From IMG/VR virus record IMGVR_UViG_3300032893_000025, positions 1 through 64,000 of that record: DNA of 64,000 bases; one strand, given 5' to 3'. Below, piece after piece: positions 25,701 to 34,935 of the stretch; positions within the stretch are counted from its first letter, which is position 1; the number at the start of each line of letters is the position of its first letter. Under the pieces are notes generated by a model, which was not told where the DNA came from, did no database searches, and worked only from the letters and a program-made list of their open reading frames with translations. Both the position numbers and the translations under genes were made by a program. The stretch comes from a virus.

Positions 25701-28700
25701 GAGTTTTATAATTTCCTGCTTTAATACCTGATGAAAAAGCTAATCTTTGAATATTATTCTTTTCCATCATTATTCTAATCTTATCTAAATCATTACCTTT
25801 AGTAAGTTCAGGGGTTAGCGGATAAGCAGATGTTTTAATGTAAATTCTTTCTCTTATACCAAGTTGTTGATTAAACTGATTATTTACATATACAGGTTTA
25901 TGTACTTGATACACTAAATTTTCCCATTCTTTATTTCCACTTAATTCTTTATTTAGTGCTGAAGTATAGTAATAATCACCCTGGGATATTTTTTTCTTAA
26001 TAAATTTAGTTGCTGCTTTGTACAAATCTTCACTAATATTTCCAGATTTAAATTCTACATATAACCATTCGGGGAATGTAGTCCATTCTTGCGCATTTGT
26101 ACCTTCTTTTAAAGTTCCTGTAGCAAGATAGTCCTTTGCTCCATCTTTTCCTAAAAGTTCTTGTAGTTGGTCTATATTTAAAGAATTTATAGCCCTATCA
26201 TCTACCATTAATTGTCTGTAAAAACCTTTATTACTATCAGCTATTTCAGTACCAGGAGCTATATCAGCAGCTAATCTCTTACCTACATTAATAAAAGTAT
26301 CTTCTACTTGAGATAATATATTTGTTGCTTTTGATTTGTAAAATAAAGCAGGATCTCCAACAATACTCATAAAAGTATTAGCATTACCTATTAGATACTG
26401 ATAAACCATATCTGTAGCAATAGCTTTATTGTAGTTTTCTTTAGCTACTCCAAGTAATACTTTTTTATCTTGTAATACAGTAGTATCTATAAAGTTTGAT
26501 TTATCTCCGTCTATAATACCATAAGAATTCCAATCAGTTAATTTTTCATTAACTAACTTATCTACATACTCTTTTATAGTATCCTTTAAAGTTGTATTCC
26601 ATTTATCAGAGAATATATCAGAGTTTAAATTATCATTGGAATCCCAAATATCTTTTAACTCGTTTAATTTTGGAAGTAGTAAAAATTTATGCCCACCTTG
26701 TTCAAATTCTTTATTATTAAATTCTACACCAGATTTCTTCAGTTCTTCCCATTTTCTTATTCTATTTATTTCAGGTAATACTAATTGGTCATATAAAAAA
26801 TCTATACTATTATCTTTTAAATTTCCATCAGTAGTAAAATTAATAGGGGCTGCAATAGTTTTAATTGTCATTGCAGTAGTTTTATCTGATGTAGTAGGAT
26901 ACAATAGTATTATAACTCTACTATCAGTACCAGAATTATCAGGTATAGATCCTGTTAGTAATCCTAACGAAGTTAATTCATACTCATCAGGATTAAGATT
27001 ATATAATTCTCTTCCATCCCTTGTTTTAGTACCTATTTTTTTAAAGGCTTCTAACCCTATAGTTCCAGCTTCAAAATTAGAATTAAACACATAGTTTCCT
27101 TCTCCTATATTATTTAACCACCAACTTTTCTTTTCAAATGGACTATTAGAATCAAGTATTTCTTTAGCTAAACCATTTTTAAGATCTCTTACAGTGTTGA
27201 TTAAGTATTTATTTTTTCCAAAACTATAAATACTTTTACCGCCACTTCTAAAAGCATTGCTAAATACAGCGTTGTCATTATACTTAGCGTCCATTCTGGC
27301 TAAACTCTTTATAACACTTTCGTCTAAAATATTATGTTCATCTAATGATAATTTACCTTGAGTAGTTAGTGCTTTATTTAATACATTAAATACAAAGTAA
27401 TTATCTAATAATAATTTATCAAATTTAACAGTATAAGGTGCTCCAAATCTATCAGTTCTTTGTATACCTTTAGACACTAATTCATTCCAAGTTTGATTAT
27501 TAATACCAATACCAAATTCTTCTAACCATTTTCTTGCATCATCAGTATTTTTAGATTCTTTTATCTTTTCATATCTATCTTTTAATTCTTTAACTTTATT
27601 TTCATCTAATATATATTGTCCTTCATTGTTAACTTTAAATAATCCTGTTTCTTTAACATTAGTATTCCAGTTATCAAGTACTGCATTATATATAGAATTC
27701 TCATTAACCAAAATAGTCTTTGTAGAATATTTTTTGGTTTCTTTATCCTGTGACCACATTACCATATAATGTTTTATCTGGTGATTAGTCATAGATGTTA
27801 CAAAACCATTTTTTTCCTGTTCTTTAGATGATTCTAATTTAGTAATAACTTGTTCTACCCAAGGATGTGCTTTAGTATATTGTCTTAATACATCTGTAAT
27901 TTGGTTAAAATCTGGTTCTAATCCAGCAGTCCAAGTTTGAAGTTTTTCATAAACTTCATTAAAATCCATTACTTCAGCTTCTTTAAGAATACCATATACA
28001 GGATTCCCAGAAGAATCTACTTTATTAATATCTGAAAAAAATCTCTTAACTTGTTGGGTTAAACTATCTTTAAGGTTGTGTTCGTAACTATTTTTATCCC
28101 AATCAGTTTTTTCATTATCTTTAGTTTCAGATATTTCCATATCTTCACCTTCAGGTAATGGAGTAACTATTCCTTCAATCTTATTAACTTTATAAATAAC
28201 AGATCTCTCTATTACATTCCATTTATCTATAATGGGTTTAAAAAATTGATCTCTATACTTAATTTGTATAGGCTCTAATTCATTATCAGAATATTTATTA
28301 AGTTCTGATAAATCATCTTCAAATTGAGTTTTATATTTATTTAAATAATCATTTCTAAGCTTTACAATATCTTGAGTAGGATTGTTGTATAAGTCTCTAA
28401 TTATATTTCTTGTAATATGATTAGTAATAGATTCTTGTTTATAAGCTCCTAACTCACTAATTAAAAGTTTATCTGAAGACTTCTGCATTAAAGACTCATC
28501 CCCAACAGTAGTTGGTAAATCAAAAGCACTTTCATTGAGATTGGTCTTAAGTTTTAACTTATTTTTCGTCTCAATTTTAGTAGATTTTTCAGACGAAACT
28601 TTAGTTTTCTTTTCTTCTATTTCTGGTGTTACTTCCTTACCTAATATATTACTATAATCTACTCTTACTACAGACTGTACTGCATAGATTCTTTTACCAT

Positions 28701-31700
28701 TATCTAATTGTTGTCCTTTTACATTTGTCTTAGAAGTATTATATAAAAAGGTTTTGTAAGATATTGGACTGATTTTATCATCTTGTCCAATAAATGCAAT
28801 ATTTTGTGTATTGTTAAAAGCATTTAAATTAGTATTAATTCTAAACTTATGTAAATTTAAAGCAAGTTGTCTTAATACCATTTCTTTATGTTCCTGATTT
28901 TCTTTATTAAGGAAGTAAACTTTTTGTTCATCTTTTTCATTTAATAAAGCAAACTCAATAGAACCTTTAACTGTTGTATAATAACTTCCTTTAGGAATAT
29001 TATTTATAATATCTTTTAAATTACTTTTCCCAGTATTATACCCATGAATAAATAATTTAATATAGTTATCTAATCCTCTTATATCAGATATGTCGTAACC
29101 TGTTATTTCAAGAACTTGTTTAACTACTTCAGGATTTTCTCCAGATAAATAAGCATCTATAGCTTTTATTATAGATAGTTTAATTTGATTACTATATTCA
29201 CTATTACCTATAGTATCTTTAAACACAGGATAAGCTAGCCTTTCTCCATTTTGCAATGGTAAAACTACATAGGTAGCACCACTAACCAATCCTTTAGAGT
29301 TACTTAAATCTTCTCTATAATTCTTTAAATCTCCTGTACTAGTAGCTATATCAATAACAATATTATCATTACCTAACGATTCAGTTAAATTAACTGTTTG
29401 CCCTTTAGTAAGAGTAAATAATTTACCGGAAGTTTTATCTGTTATATTTGTTTTAAAAGATCCATTTTTAACTATATAATCTCTTATAAGTTTTAAATTT
29501 TCTTTATCTTGGTCTAAATCTCCATAAACATTGGAATCATTAATCCATTGTTCTGTATGTAAAAAAACATTTGTAGGATTGTTTTTATAGTATACTCTTA
29601 TAGGAACAAGACTATTATATTTTTCAGGAGATAATTTACCTTTTACAGAACCCCAGGTAACAGTTTTATTACTTGTTATGTCTTCTGTATATACTTCTAT
29701 CTCAGGGTTATCTTCCAATCTTAACTCTACTTCATCCCCAATATTAAAATTATCTGGGTCTAATATAACCTGATCTGCATTAGTATGCAATTCATTATTT
29801 ACATTAGTTTTATATAGTGTTCCTAACATTACTCCTCTTTCATAATCTCTGGATAAATAAGCTAGAGCATTATACCCATCAGTTATTTTCTTTCCTTCAT
29901 ACACAGGAGTACCATCAAAATCTTTAGTTGTAGCATAATTAGAATTAGAAACTTCTCTAACTATATCATCACTACTTGTATTTATTTGTTTAACTTTAGA
30001 TTCATCAATATATTCTGGGTCAATAACTACTTTACTATTTTCTTCAGTATCTACTTCATCTATTTCATTTTTAGTAACTGTTACAGGAGCAACTCCACTA
30101 GATATTATATTAGCAGTATGAATAGATCTATCTAAAGAAGATGAATAAACTTTAGGAGTTATCCCTAATTTATTATGTAAATCATTGGCTTCTTTTATAC
30201 CTCTTTTATCTAGTTGTGCGTTATCACTTCTAAAGTTTCCTTTTTTATTATCTTCTGTTTCTCCATGTCTTACTACATGAATAGTTTTACCAGTATTCGT
30301 AGTTATATCAAATGTACTACCTGTATTACTATCCATTTCTGAATATTCTTTTCTAAAATTTTTATCAGATAAAAAATCTACATTTTCATTATTATTCCAA
30401 TATCCTTTATCTTTTAACAATTTAATTAAGTTAAATATAGTATTATGAGTGGTAATAGTACTATTATTTTCTCCTTTATCTATAATATCTTTTACAACTG
30501 AAGTAACTCTATTATATGCATTGGAAAAACTTTCTCCTCCGCCTATCATAGATTTATCAGGATTATTAATTATATTATCTTTTACAATATTATCTTTTTC
30601 TTTTGTTTGTTTGGTTCCCGTTTCTGAACCTAAATCTATAGTGTCTAATCTATTATCTACTTCAACATTATTATTTGGAGTAATTTTATTTATTTTAGGT
30701 TCTCTAGTTATAGGAATAGAAGTTTCTTTGGATTCTTCTTCTTGAGCCATTCTATCAAATTCTGCTGAATTCTCAGGAGAAATACCTTTTTCTGCTTCTT
30801 CTTGTTCTAATATAGCATCAAAATCATCCTTTTGTCTTTTCTTGTTTTTAATATTTTCAACTTTAGCAACCTTTTCCTGGCTCTTAATAGTTTCTTCAGT
30901 TTTATTTTGTGTTTCAGATGCTCTCTTATTATAATTATCTGTAGTTTCTGTAACTCTTTTTTCAATTCTATTTAATCCTTCTTGAGTTATAGATTCTTTA
31001 TAGGCATTTGCTAATTGAGTTCTCTTATTATTTAGTTGTATATAGTCTGTAACTAATTTAGTAGCATTTTCTCCTGTAGACTCTAAATTAATTGCATGAT
31101 CTTTTACAACCTTATCTAAATTATCTAGGTTTTCTTTAGTTTTATTTAGTAAATAAGTTTGAGTAGCACTAAATATTTCAGGAGATTTAGCAATCTGTAA
31201 ATTTAATTCTCCAATTCTTTTATTTACATTATCTATGTTTCCAGCCATATCCCATAATACAGTTCTTGCATCATTAGAAATAGTAGGAAATCTTAAATCT
31301 AAATTTTCTTTAAGTTTTGTTAAGTTTTTAGCTTCGGTTATTAACTTATCTATATATTCTCCAGTACTTTTTTTATCACTAGTAGTAGGATCAATACCAA
31401 AAGTTTTTTCAAATTCTTCTTTGGGCAATTGTTTTAAATCATTTAATTCATCTTCAATTAAATCTCCTTTACCGGTTTCAATTCTACTAAGTACATAGTT
31501 TTTAAATAAATCATGTTGCAGATTTTTATATTGGTAAATATCCCCAGACTTTATAGCTTCATCCATATCTCTTCCAATAGATTCGGATCTTATCGCTTCA
31601 TCTATTAAAGGTTCATTCTTTTTAAATATATCTGAAACTTTATATTTATTAAGATAATCTACTGCATTTTTAGTAGCTTCATCTTTTTCTCTATTCTCTT

Positions 31701-33036
31701 TTAATTCCTCTTTTATTTCTCCAGTAGCAACTCCTGATAATATACCAGTTAACCCCCCAAGAATCATTGATTCTACACCACTTTTAGTACCAAAAGACTG
31801 ATTAAACCCATAACCTATAGAGTTTAATTTATCTGCAAATGTATTTCTAGCGGGGTCATCATACTTTCTAGTCCAATAATCTGTAGATGCGTTTTGTGCA
31901 ATAGTTTGCATATTTTCTTCATTAGACTCCGTAATAAGTCCTTTAAAGTATGGAGACAGTTTATTAAATTTTGATGTAGGTTCAGGAATAAAAGTTCCTT
32001 CAGCATCTCTAGTAATGCCATTTAATAATGCTTTGCTTTCATTTTTAGCCCCAGACAATATTCTACCAAATTGTATATAATCAGATGCACCTAATATTGC
32101 TAAGTTAGTTAAATAATCAATATTACCAGCAGCAGAAGAATATTTATCAATTTCGTTTAACTCCTCTGCATTAGGATCTCTTTTATTCTTTTCTTTAAAA
32201 TGATTTATTATTTCTTCTGTGGTTTGTTGTTTAGTTTGTAATCCTTCAAAAGATGCCTCATTACCAGCAGCTATTAAAGTTGATCCTAAAGTTTGTATAC
32301 CATTTGTTAATTTAATTCCTTTGCCTACTTGATTTAAAGCTCGTGTAAAAGCTTCATCCTCTCCAACCCCCTGTTCAACTAAACTACCTGCTAATTTATT
32401 TACTGCTGCCAATTCTTCTTCATATTTGCCAGCCATTGCTAATTTGCCTAAAGCACTTAATCCTCTACCCATTACAGCACCAGATCCAATAGCTCCTACT
32501 GTAAATCCTGCATTCTTTAATAATTTATCTGCTAAAAAATTAACTGTAAACCAGTTATTAGGACTAAAAGCATCTGCATTCTTTTCTTTATCTGTATAAT
32601 AATTAGGAAACCATTTTTCCATATTCTTACTAAACTGGTCATAAGCATTACTTATAGGATTATCGTATACTTCTGACAAAGCCTGTGCTTCAGTTTTATT
32701 TGGATTAAAGGAATTTACTATCCCAGAAAGTATCCCATAAGGTAAACTTGTAACTGTTGTAGCAAAAGTTGTGGCAGCCAACCCGGCACCTTTAATAACA
32801 CCATTAGCAAATTGTTCCATTGCTGGTTGTCTTGTTCCTCTAATATCTTCTATATTGGGGAGATCATATACAGTAGTATTTAAATCAAATTTAGTATTTA
32901 ATGTATCTCCAATATACTCTCCTTGAGAATCTTTGTTATTATAATTACTTATAATACTTTTATAATATTCTGTTGGGAAAATTGAAGGTTCTTCCTTACT
33001 TCCGTAAAGAGAATCGTAGTCTATATTATTAGGCAT
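19708..33036 (-). CDS. giant virion-packaged DNA-dependent RNA polymerase polyprotein (crAss-like vRNAP)
   Basis: 4442 aa; catalytic GSDFDVDK (~24775-24798) preceded by MRIPNQG; N-terminal hydrophobic helices; zincin HEVLH (~22156-22170). Confidence 0.88.
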   Translation of the reverse strand: MPNNIDYDSLYGSKEEPSIFPTEYYKSIISNYNNKDSQGEYIGDTLNTKFDLNTTVYDLPNIEDIRGTRQPAMEQFANGVIKGAGLAATTFATTVTSLPYGILSGIVNSFNPNKTEAQALSEVYDNPISNAYDQFSKNMEKWFPNYYTDKEKNADAFSPNNWFTVNFLADKLLKNAGFTVGAIGSGAVMGRGLSALGKLAMAGKYEEELAAVNKLAGSLVEQGVGEDEAFTRALNQVGKGIKLTNGIQTLGSTLIAAGNEASFEGLQTKQQTTEEIINHFKEKNKRDPNAEELNEIDKYSSAAGNIDYLTNLAILGASDYIQFGRILSGAKNESKALLNGITRDAEGTFIPEPTSKFNKLSPYFKGLITESNEENMQTIAQNASTDYWTRKYDDPARNTFADKLNSIGYGFNQSFGTKSGVESMILGGLTGILSGVATGEIKEELKENREKDEATKNAVDYLNKYKVSDIFKKNEPLIDEAIRSESIGRDMDEAIKSGDIYQYKNLQHDLFKNYVLSRIETGKGDLIEDELNDLKQLPKEEFEKTFGIDPTTSDKKSTGEYIDKLITEAKNLTKLKENLDLRFPTISNDARTVLWDMAGNIDNVNKRIGELNLQIAKSPEIFSATQTYLLNKTKENLDNLDKVVKDHAINLESTGENATKLVTDYIQLNNKRTQLANAYKESITQEGLNRIEKRVTETTDNYNKRASETQNKTEETIKSQEKVAKVENIKNKKRQKDDFDAILEQEEAEKGISPENSAEFDRMAQEEESKETSIPITREPKINKITPNNNVEVDNRLDTIDLGSETGTKQTKEKDNIVKDNIINNPDKSMIGGGESFSNAYNRVTSVVKDIIDKGENNSTITTHNTIFNLIKLLKDKGYWNNNENVDFLSDKNFRKEYSEMDSNTGSTFDITTNTGKTIHVVRHGETEDNKKGNFRSDNAQLDKRGIKEANDLHNKLGITPKVYSSSLDRSIHTANIISSGVAPVTVTKNEIDEVDTEENSKVVIDPEYIDESKVKQINTSSDDIVREVSNSNYATTKDFDGTPVYEGKKITDGYNALAYLSRDYERGVMLGTLYKTNVNNELHTNADQVILDPDNFNIGDEVELRLEDNPEIEVYTEDITSNKTVTWGSVKGKLSPEKYNSLVPIRVYYKNNPTNVFLHTEQWINDSNVYGDLDQDKENLKLIRDYIVKNGSFKTNITDKTSGKLFTLTKGQTVNLTESLGNDNIVIDIATSTGDLKNYREDLSNSKGLVSGATYVVLPLQNGERLAYPVFKDTIGNSEYSNQIKLSIIKAIDAYLSGENPEVVKQVLEITGYDISDIRGLDNYIKLFIHGYNTGKSNLKDIINNIPKGSYYTTVKGSIEFALLNEKDEQKVYFLNKENQEHKEMVLRQLALNLHKFRINTNLNAFNNTQNIAFIGQDDKISPISYKTFLYNTSKTNVKGQQLDNGKRIYAVQSVVRVDYSNILGKEVTPEIEEKKTKVSSEKSTKIETKNKLKLKTNLNESAFDLPTTVGDESLMQKSSDKLLISELGAYKQESITNHITRNIIRDLYNNPTQDIVKLRNDYLNKYKTQFEDDLSELNKYSDNELEPIQIKYRDQFFKPIIDKWNVIERSVIYKVNKIEGIVTPLPEGEDMEISETKDNEKTDWDKNSYEHNLKDSLTQQVKRFFSDINKVDSSGNPVYGILKEAEVMDFNEVYEKLQTWTAGLEPDFNQITDVLRQYTKAHPWVEQVITKLESSKEQEKNGFVTSMTNHQIKHYMVMWSQDKETKKYSTKTILVNENSIYNAVLDNWNTNVKETGLFKVNNEGQYILDENKVKELKDRYEKIKESKNTDDARKWLEEFGIGINNQTWNELVSKGIQRTDRFGAPYTVKFDKLLLDNYFVFNVLNKALTTQGKLSLDEHNILDESVIKSLARMDAKYNDNAVFSNAFRSGGKSIYSFGKNKYLINTVRDLKNGLAKEILDSNSPFEKKSWWLNNIGEGNYVFNSNFEAGTIGLEAFKKIGTKTRDGRELYNLNPDEYELTSLGLLTGSIPDNSGTDSRVIILLYPTTSDKTTAMTIKTIAAPINFTTDGNLKDNSIDFLYDQLVLPEINRIRKWEELKKSGVEFNNKEFEQGGHKFLLLPKLNELKDIWDSNDNLNSDIFSDKWNTTLKDTIKEYVDKLVNEKLTDWNSYGIIDGDKSNFIDTTVLQDKKVLLGVAKENYNKAIATDMVYQYLIGNANTFMSIVGDPALFYKSKATNILSQVEDTFINVGKRLAADIAPGTEIADSNKGFYRQLMVDDRAINSLNIDQLQELLGKDGAKDYLATGTLKEGTNAQEWTTFPEWLYVEFKSGNISEDLYKAATKFIKKKISQGDYYYTSALNKELSGNKEWENLVYQVHKPVYVNNQFNQQLGIRERIYIKTSAYPLTPELTKGNDLDKIRIMMEKNNIQRLAFSSGIKAGNYKTPVKLWDSDNNIKELTPEEINNSTKILSRKGFRLQQDVPYDELKDAINRVSQADKNIFTNLHDIDGFEYNNNSYKGRDLEKIYQEHYEQLYKNGFEGLKKEVYDESGNLNIPAIRDILKEEGMLRGYSIADMEGIELDKYLTFLPYSPSAIKYEALLNAIVKNRVLKMKFKGNSFVLSTEEGYQKAKVVDEEASKDIQGIIYTDKWTGKLLPSRVEKGKVLPAQILIPWKFKDNNGNLLDINRFVKDGKIDMTKLPEEILQIFGMRIPNQGLNSQSYVEIVGFLPKTSGDIAVTTRDYLAQMGSDFDVDKLYTYMYNTYLNGKKLEKIDFSSKEDILKLEESTLRNLAFELDERKSRQLNRQASFLEMADDVWNKSLQNKLLDIRLAVHKNINQEVQKQIHTPLSSWKFEEIAKEIQNKKTKDEYFTALSDKYQMTKRFNALAGKSGTGITSNASMFNSAIQDKGMYLFYNTPEGIKQRFRVRFGNKVSDGDLSGNKTLSGKYYKSEIISGLQSVSVDNEKLQVLDKLNLNSQTFRYANLLAQLGFEEEVGYFMAQPIIKDYFNLLKSKRSSIKEFNPNIENEVYSEILSKYRPTNYDSNLYDEKYSKGKGLSLENLKNSILEPTGDFNYIQLTALDQMLYLDKPSQTLSTIQSAINTDSKGLGKNLFETLSKEEAVKRLQSVNIENIESILGEFDNLGNLIKPTTIQGFSTYYGLLQNNKLWKQLLPYNEQGITYMFNKIEQLLGREDRSIVSKADFRRDIWNNFKSYLYTLNNLGLFGGDLNLERERLFIDSDSNKSLASIVKQVKAQSKYKDHPFLSKVQPDINKNGRPSTIKIDAVRDDAANLATYTSFIDLYTNDTAIEGTNYTTRKLFKDLVEAAYLSGGVQEATQYIKHIPPSYLYSIGFADSLSELYSNKKFEDSDFMKIPSFELPYWMLQNFIEQYIQHNADKVERVGTKDIDNVIKDKNLPKGRVSITRFSLKNDDFYVKRGQDQVPPEFLAINDPMKPKGSSKNVLFRYYGRNDSLGYPMYFRVDNLGFNGIDEFNANTDEVATSSFITNTNKAEVSKSTSRFPIDNNYYSETTINPESTKVKKPGDILEIVDKGNVKRVLENIVINSDDQYYQLLASELLNNYGDRNLRLSTELEKVRGRYANGTVKINLDNEKHTSVNELSKTVLHEVLHGFTIPAIQAWSKGEKLDPKVKDAIDSLNQSFNRHKSSITKEVMDKFIAKRTEKYESMTDEELSKYYGATNLEEFVTMLMTDGEFQKILNEIPANSEGKPWFEVFLDKLKQFFNALGLNVNKNSMLASAIDDVLTIIEHDTTQAFTQEGQTIETLYPGINEAAISYTLKLIKGLQNIQRNKFEFSKLQGWLNDLQKQGVPKEQVDMFKESAKDGMTKEEIISSILANYSYTVEVNTAKKKFDSLTGNIEESHFKDKEGKIIKTEYIVEEDDGAYISFNTRKEAETYLESKRYKNQQSTSYYSNLTVPGGTNYTENEISTPLITPNIKGHAQFSTDKGIGWFRSDTKVNNATITTDEEPDLSTGEPRTKRNTIGGNITKDRRILEIQSDLFQKGRDYKSLTGKERWNFVSDNSPENQFLQLLNKDNNWVTFFIKSIIQDSAKKGYEKVLFPKGETAAKVEGHETLANEILNINRAIEHTQTFLGKEDSIPGLEEEINNLRKEITTLKKTFSSNLTTQEPTVDRKTANKYGFEDYSYVRVESTYSRKEIYNKSYFGYDSYQEHRDALGENYEGYYIHGYNTERNKPQIKILPITREEAIAIFNNSSNSDRYLVEDRQKVIALEHKISVRNQKIGEIKEAPSEIKRLEDKKAEFKSQGIEKLKPIEAFYEIKVGNILEKQFGKDNVKIINDEYGNQWREIDLSKITDREVYLLPNTISKEDTLNRFGELNSDGRQKVLMVDDRFSNGDRYKAMLKRAQTINKEQVLYKATIGTTVGEDIGLNNKKEYYYIKLDQRELNLKDKISLISNEEILDRMKKCR

Positions 33037-34934
33037 TAGTATTCAACTTTATTTTGTTGTCTTAAAGGTAACCATTTATAAGTATACTCACTCTTTAAAT
33101 TCATCTCATTAAGCTTCTCTATATGGTCTTCCAAATCATTTATAGAAAATACTACCTTATTACCATTTCTATCTAGTAAAGGACTACCACTTCTTCTATC
33201 ATATACATCTATCCTTGGAAGATCTTTATCTGTTTTTAACCCCTTATAACTTGGGTTATAAACATAAGATAAAATATCTCCAGTAGGATTAATAGATAGT
33301 GGTTTATCATCCCCAGATGCTACAGCATTTTTTATTGCTTTTAATCCCATAGAATATTCGGCAGTTGGTTCATCAGGAGAGAAGTATAATTTTTTATAGT
33401 TAGTTTTTGAATCCACAGCTAATTTACCAGTAGTTTTATTTACAGCGGCATTAGTAGGAATATTGATATAATATTCCCCGCTAACTTTATTATATCTTGG
33501 GTTATATTCTTCTGAGTCTAATACTTCTCTAATTACTGATTCATTAACTCCAATTTTTTTAGAAATATCTCCTAAAGACCTAGCATTTATATTTTCATTT
33601 TCCACTCTAAAATTTGGGCTAGTCATTTCCTTTACTGTAGTTTTTAACATTTTAGATGTTAAAGGATTTAAAATAGGTCTGGTAACTGTATATTCTCTCT
33701 TAACAGCTTCTGAATCCTGATCTATAAATTGAGCTAATTCATAATCACTTTTAGGGTCTCTTCCCATTTTCATTTTAAATAGATCCTTATTTTTTTCCAA
33801 AATAGGTTCTATAGAATTTATTTTATCTAGATCATCTTGAGTTATTTTTATTAGTCCTTCCATATATGATTTATTATATGGATTAACACTCTTAGGATCA
33901 CTTGCTACTCTTAACCCTTCTTCCTGTTGTTCAAGTTTATCATTAAGTTCTTTTTTAACTTTTTTAACATCTACATCCTTACTTGACATCCCTGTTATAT
34001 TTAATCCTTCAGTAACAGATTTACCAGTATCTAAAAAAGTATTCTCTACTGTATCCTGAGCTTTAGGACCAAATACATATATATCTGACAAATCAGATTG
34101 TGCTTTTTTCTTTCTCATGGCATCTTCGTATTGTAATTTAGCCATAAAGTCATCTATAATGTGTCTATCTTCTCCTTTACTTACCATACTCCTTAAAGCA
34201 TCTTCAATAAATCGTTTAGTATCCCCTTTATATTGTTCTTGCATTAAAGGATCTATATTAAATGGAGTTTTAGCTTCGAATTCTGGTACATATTTTTCAA
34301 TTCTACTCTTCAGTTCTTCATTGTCAATAGCATTTAAACCTTTTTCAGATATAGTTTGTAAATATCCCCATTTTTCAGTAGGTTGTAATTTACCTTCTAC
34401 AACCATCTGATCCATAGTTTTACCAATATCTCTATACACTATATCCCAATAATCTGGTCTTGCTATAGGTTTATAAGTAGGAATATTTAATTGCCCCTGT
34501 TCATTATATGTAGGAGATGTTAAAGCTTGTTGTAATTCTGGAGTTTCTATCAATTGTTTTTTAGCCCTCAATTCAGTAAGAGTAGGTAATATTTTCTGAT
34601 ACTCATCATATCTTCTCTTTAAATTAGAAATGATAGGTTGAGTTTGAGCTATATTTCTTACAATCTCTTTAGAGGCAGCTCCATAATCCCCAGCATATTT
34701 ATTTTTAACTAAATCTTCAACATTATTTTTAAATCCTTCTAGTGTTTTATTTAGATAGTTTACATCAGGAGAAACTACAGGAATAGATCCTATATTAGCC
34801 TCAGCTTCTGCTGTAGTTTGATAAGCTTGATTAAATTTTTCATTTTTTTTAGCAGTTTCATCAGCTATCATTGAAAATACCTGATCGTCATATCTTGGGT
34901 CATATTGTACCCCTTGTAATATATCGTATGGCAT
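33036..34934 (-). CDS. probable internal virion (cargo/ejection) protein
   Basis: Between the cargo gene and vRNAP; the ATG at 34934 (MPYDIL) avoids overlap with the upstream gene. Confidence 0.55.
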   Translation of the reverse strand: MPYDILQGVQYDPRYDDQVFSMIADETAKKNEKFNQAYQTTAEAEANIGSIPVVSPDVNYLNKTLEGFKNNVEDLVKNKYAGDYGAASKEIVRNIAQTQPIISNLKRRYDEYQKILPTLTELRAKKQLIETPELQQALTSPTYNEQGQLNIPTYKPIARPDYWDIVYRDIGKTMDQMVVEGKLQPTEKWGYLQTISEKGLNAIDNEELKSRIEKYVPEFEAKTPFNIDPLMQEQYKGDTKRFIEDALRSMVSKGEDRHIIDDFMAKLQYEDAMRKKKAQSDLSDIYVFGPKAQDTVENTFLDTGKSVTEGLNITGMSSKDVDVKKVKKELNDKLEQQEEGLRVASDPKSVNPYNKSYMEGLIKITQDDLDKINSIEPILEKNKDLFKMKMGRDPKSDYELAQFIDQDSEAVKREYTVTRPILNPLTSKMLKTTVKEMTSPNFRVENENINARSLGDISKKIGVNESVIREVLDSEEYNPRYNKVSGEYYINIPTNAAVNKTTGKLAVDSKTNYKKLYFSPDEPTAEYSMGLKAIKNAVASGDDKPLSINPTGDILSYVYNPSYKGLKTDKDLPRIDVYDRRSGSPLLDRNGNKVVFSINDLEDHIEKLNEMNLKSEYTYKWLPLRQQNKVEY

Positions 34935-34935
34935 A

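Noticed and set aside
19708-33036. Intein or self-splicing intron in the vRNAP
   Set aside because: The ORF is continuous; I saw no C...HN-[CST] intein ends or LAGLIDADG/HNH motifs. The insertions resemble accessory domains.
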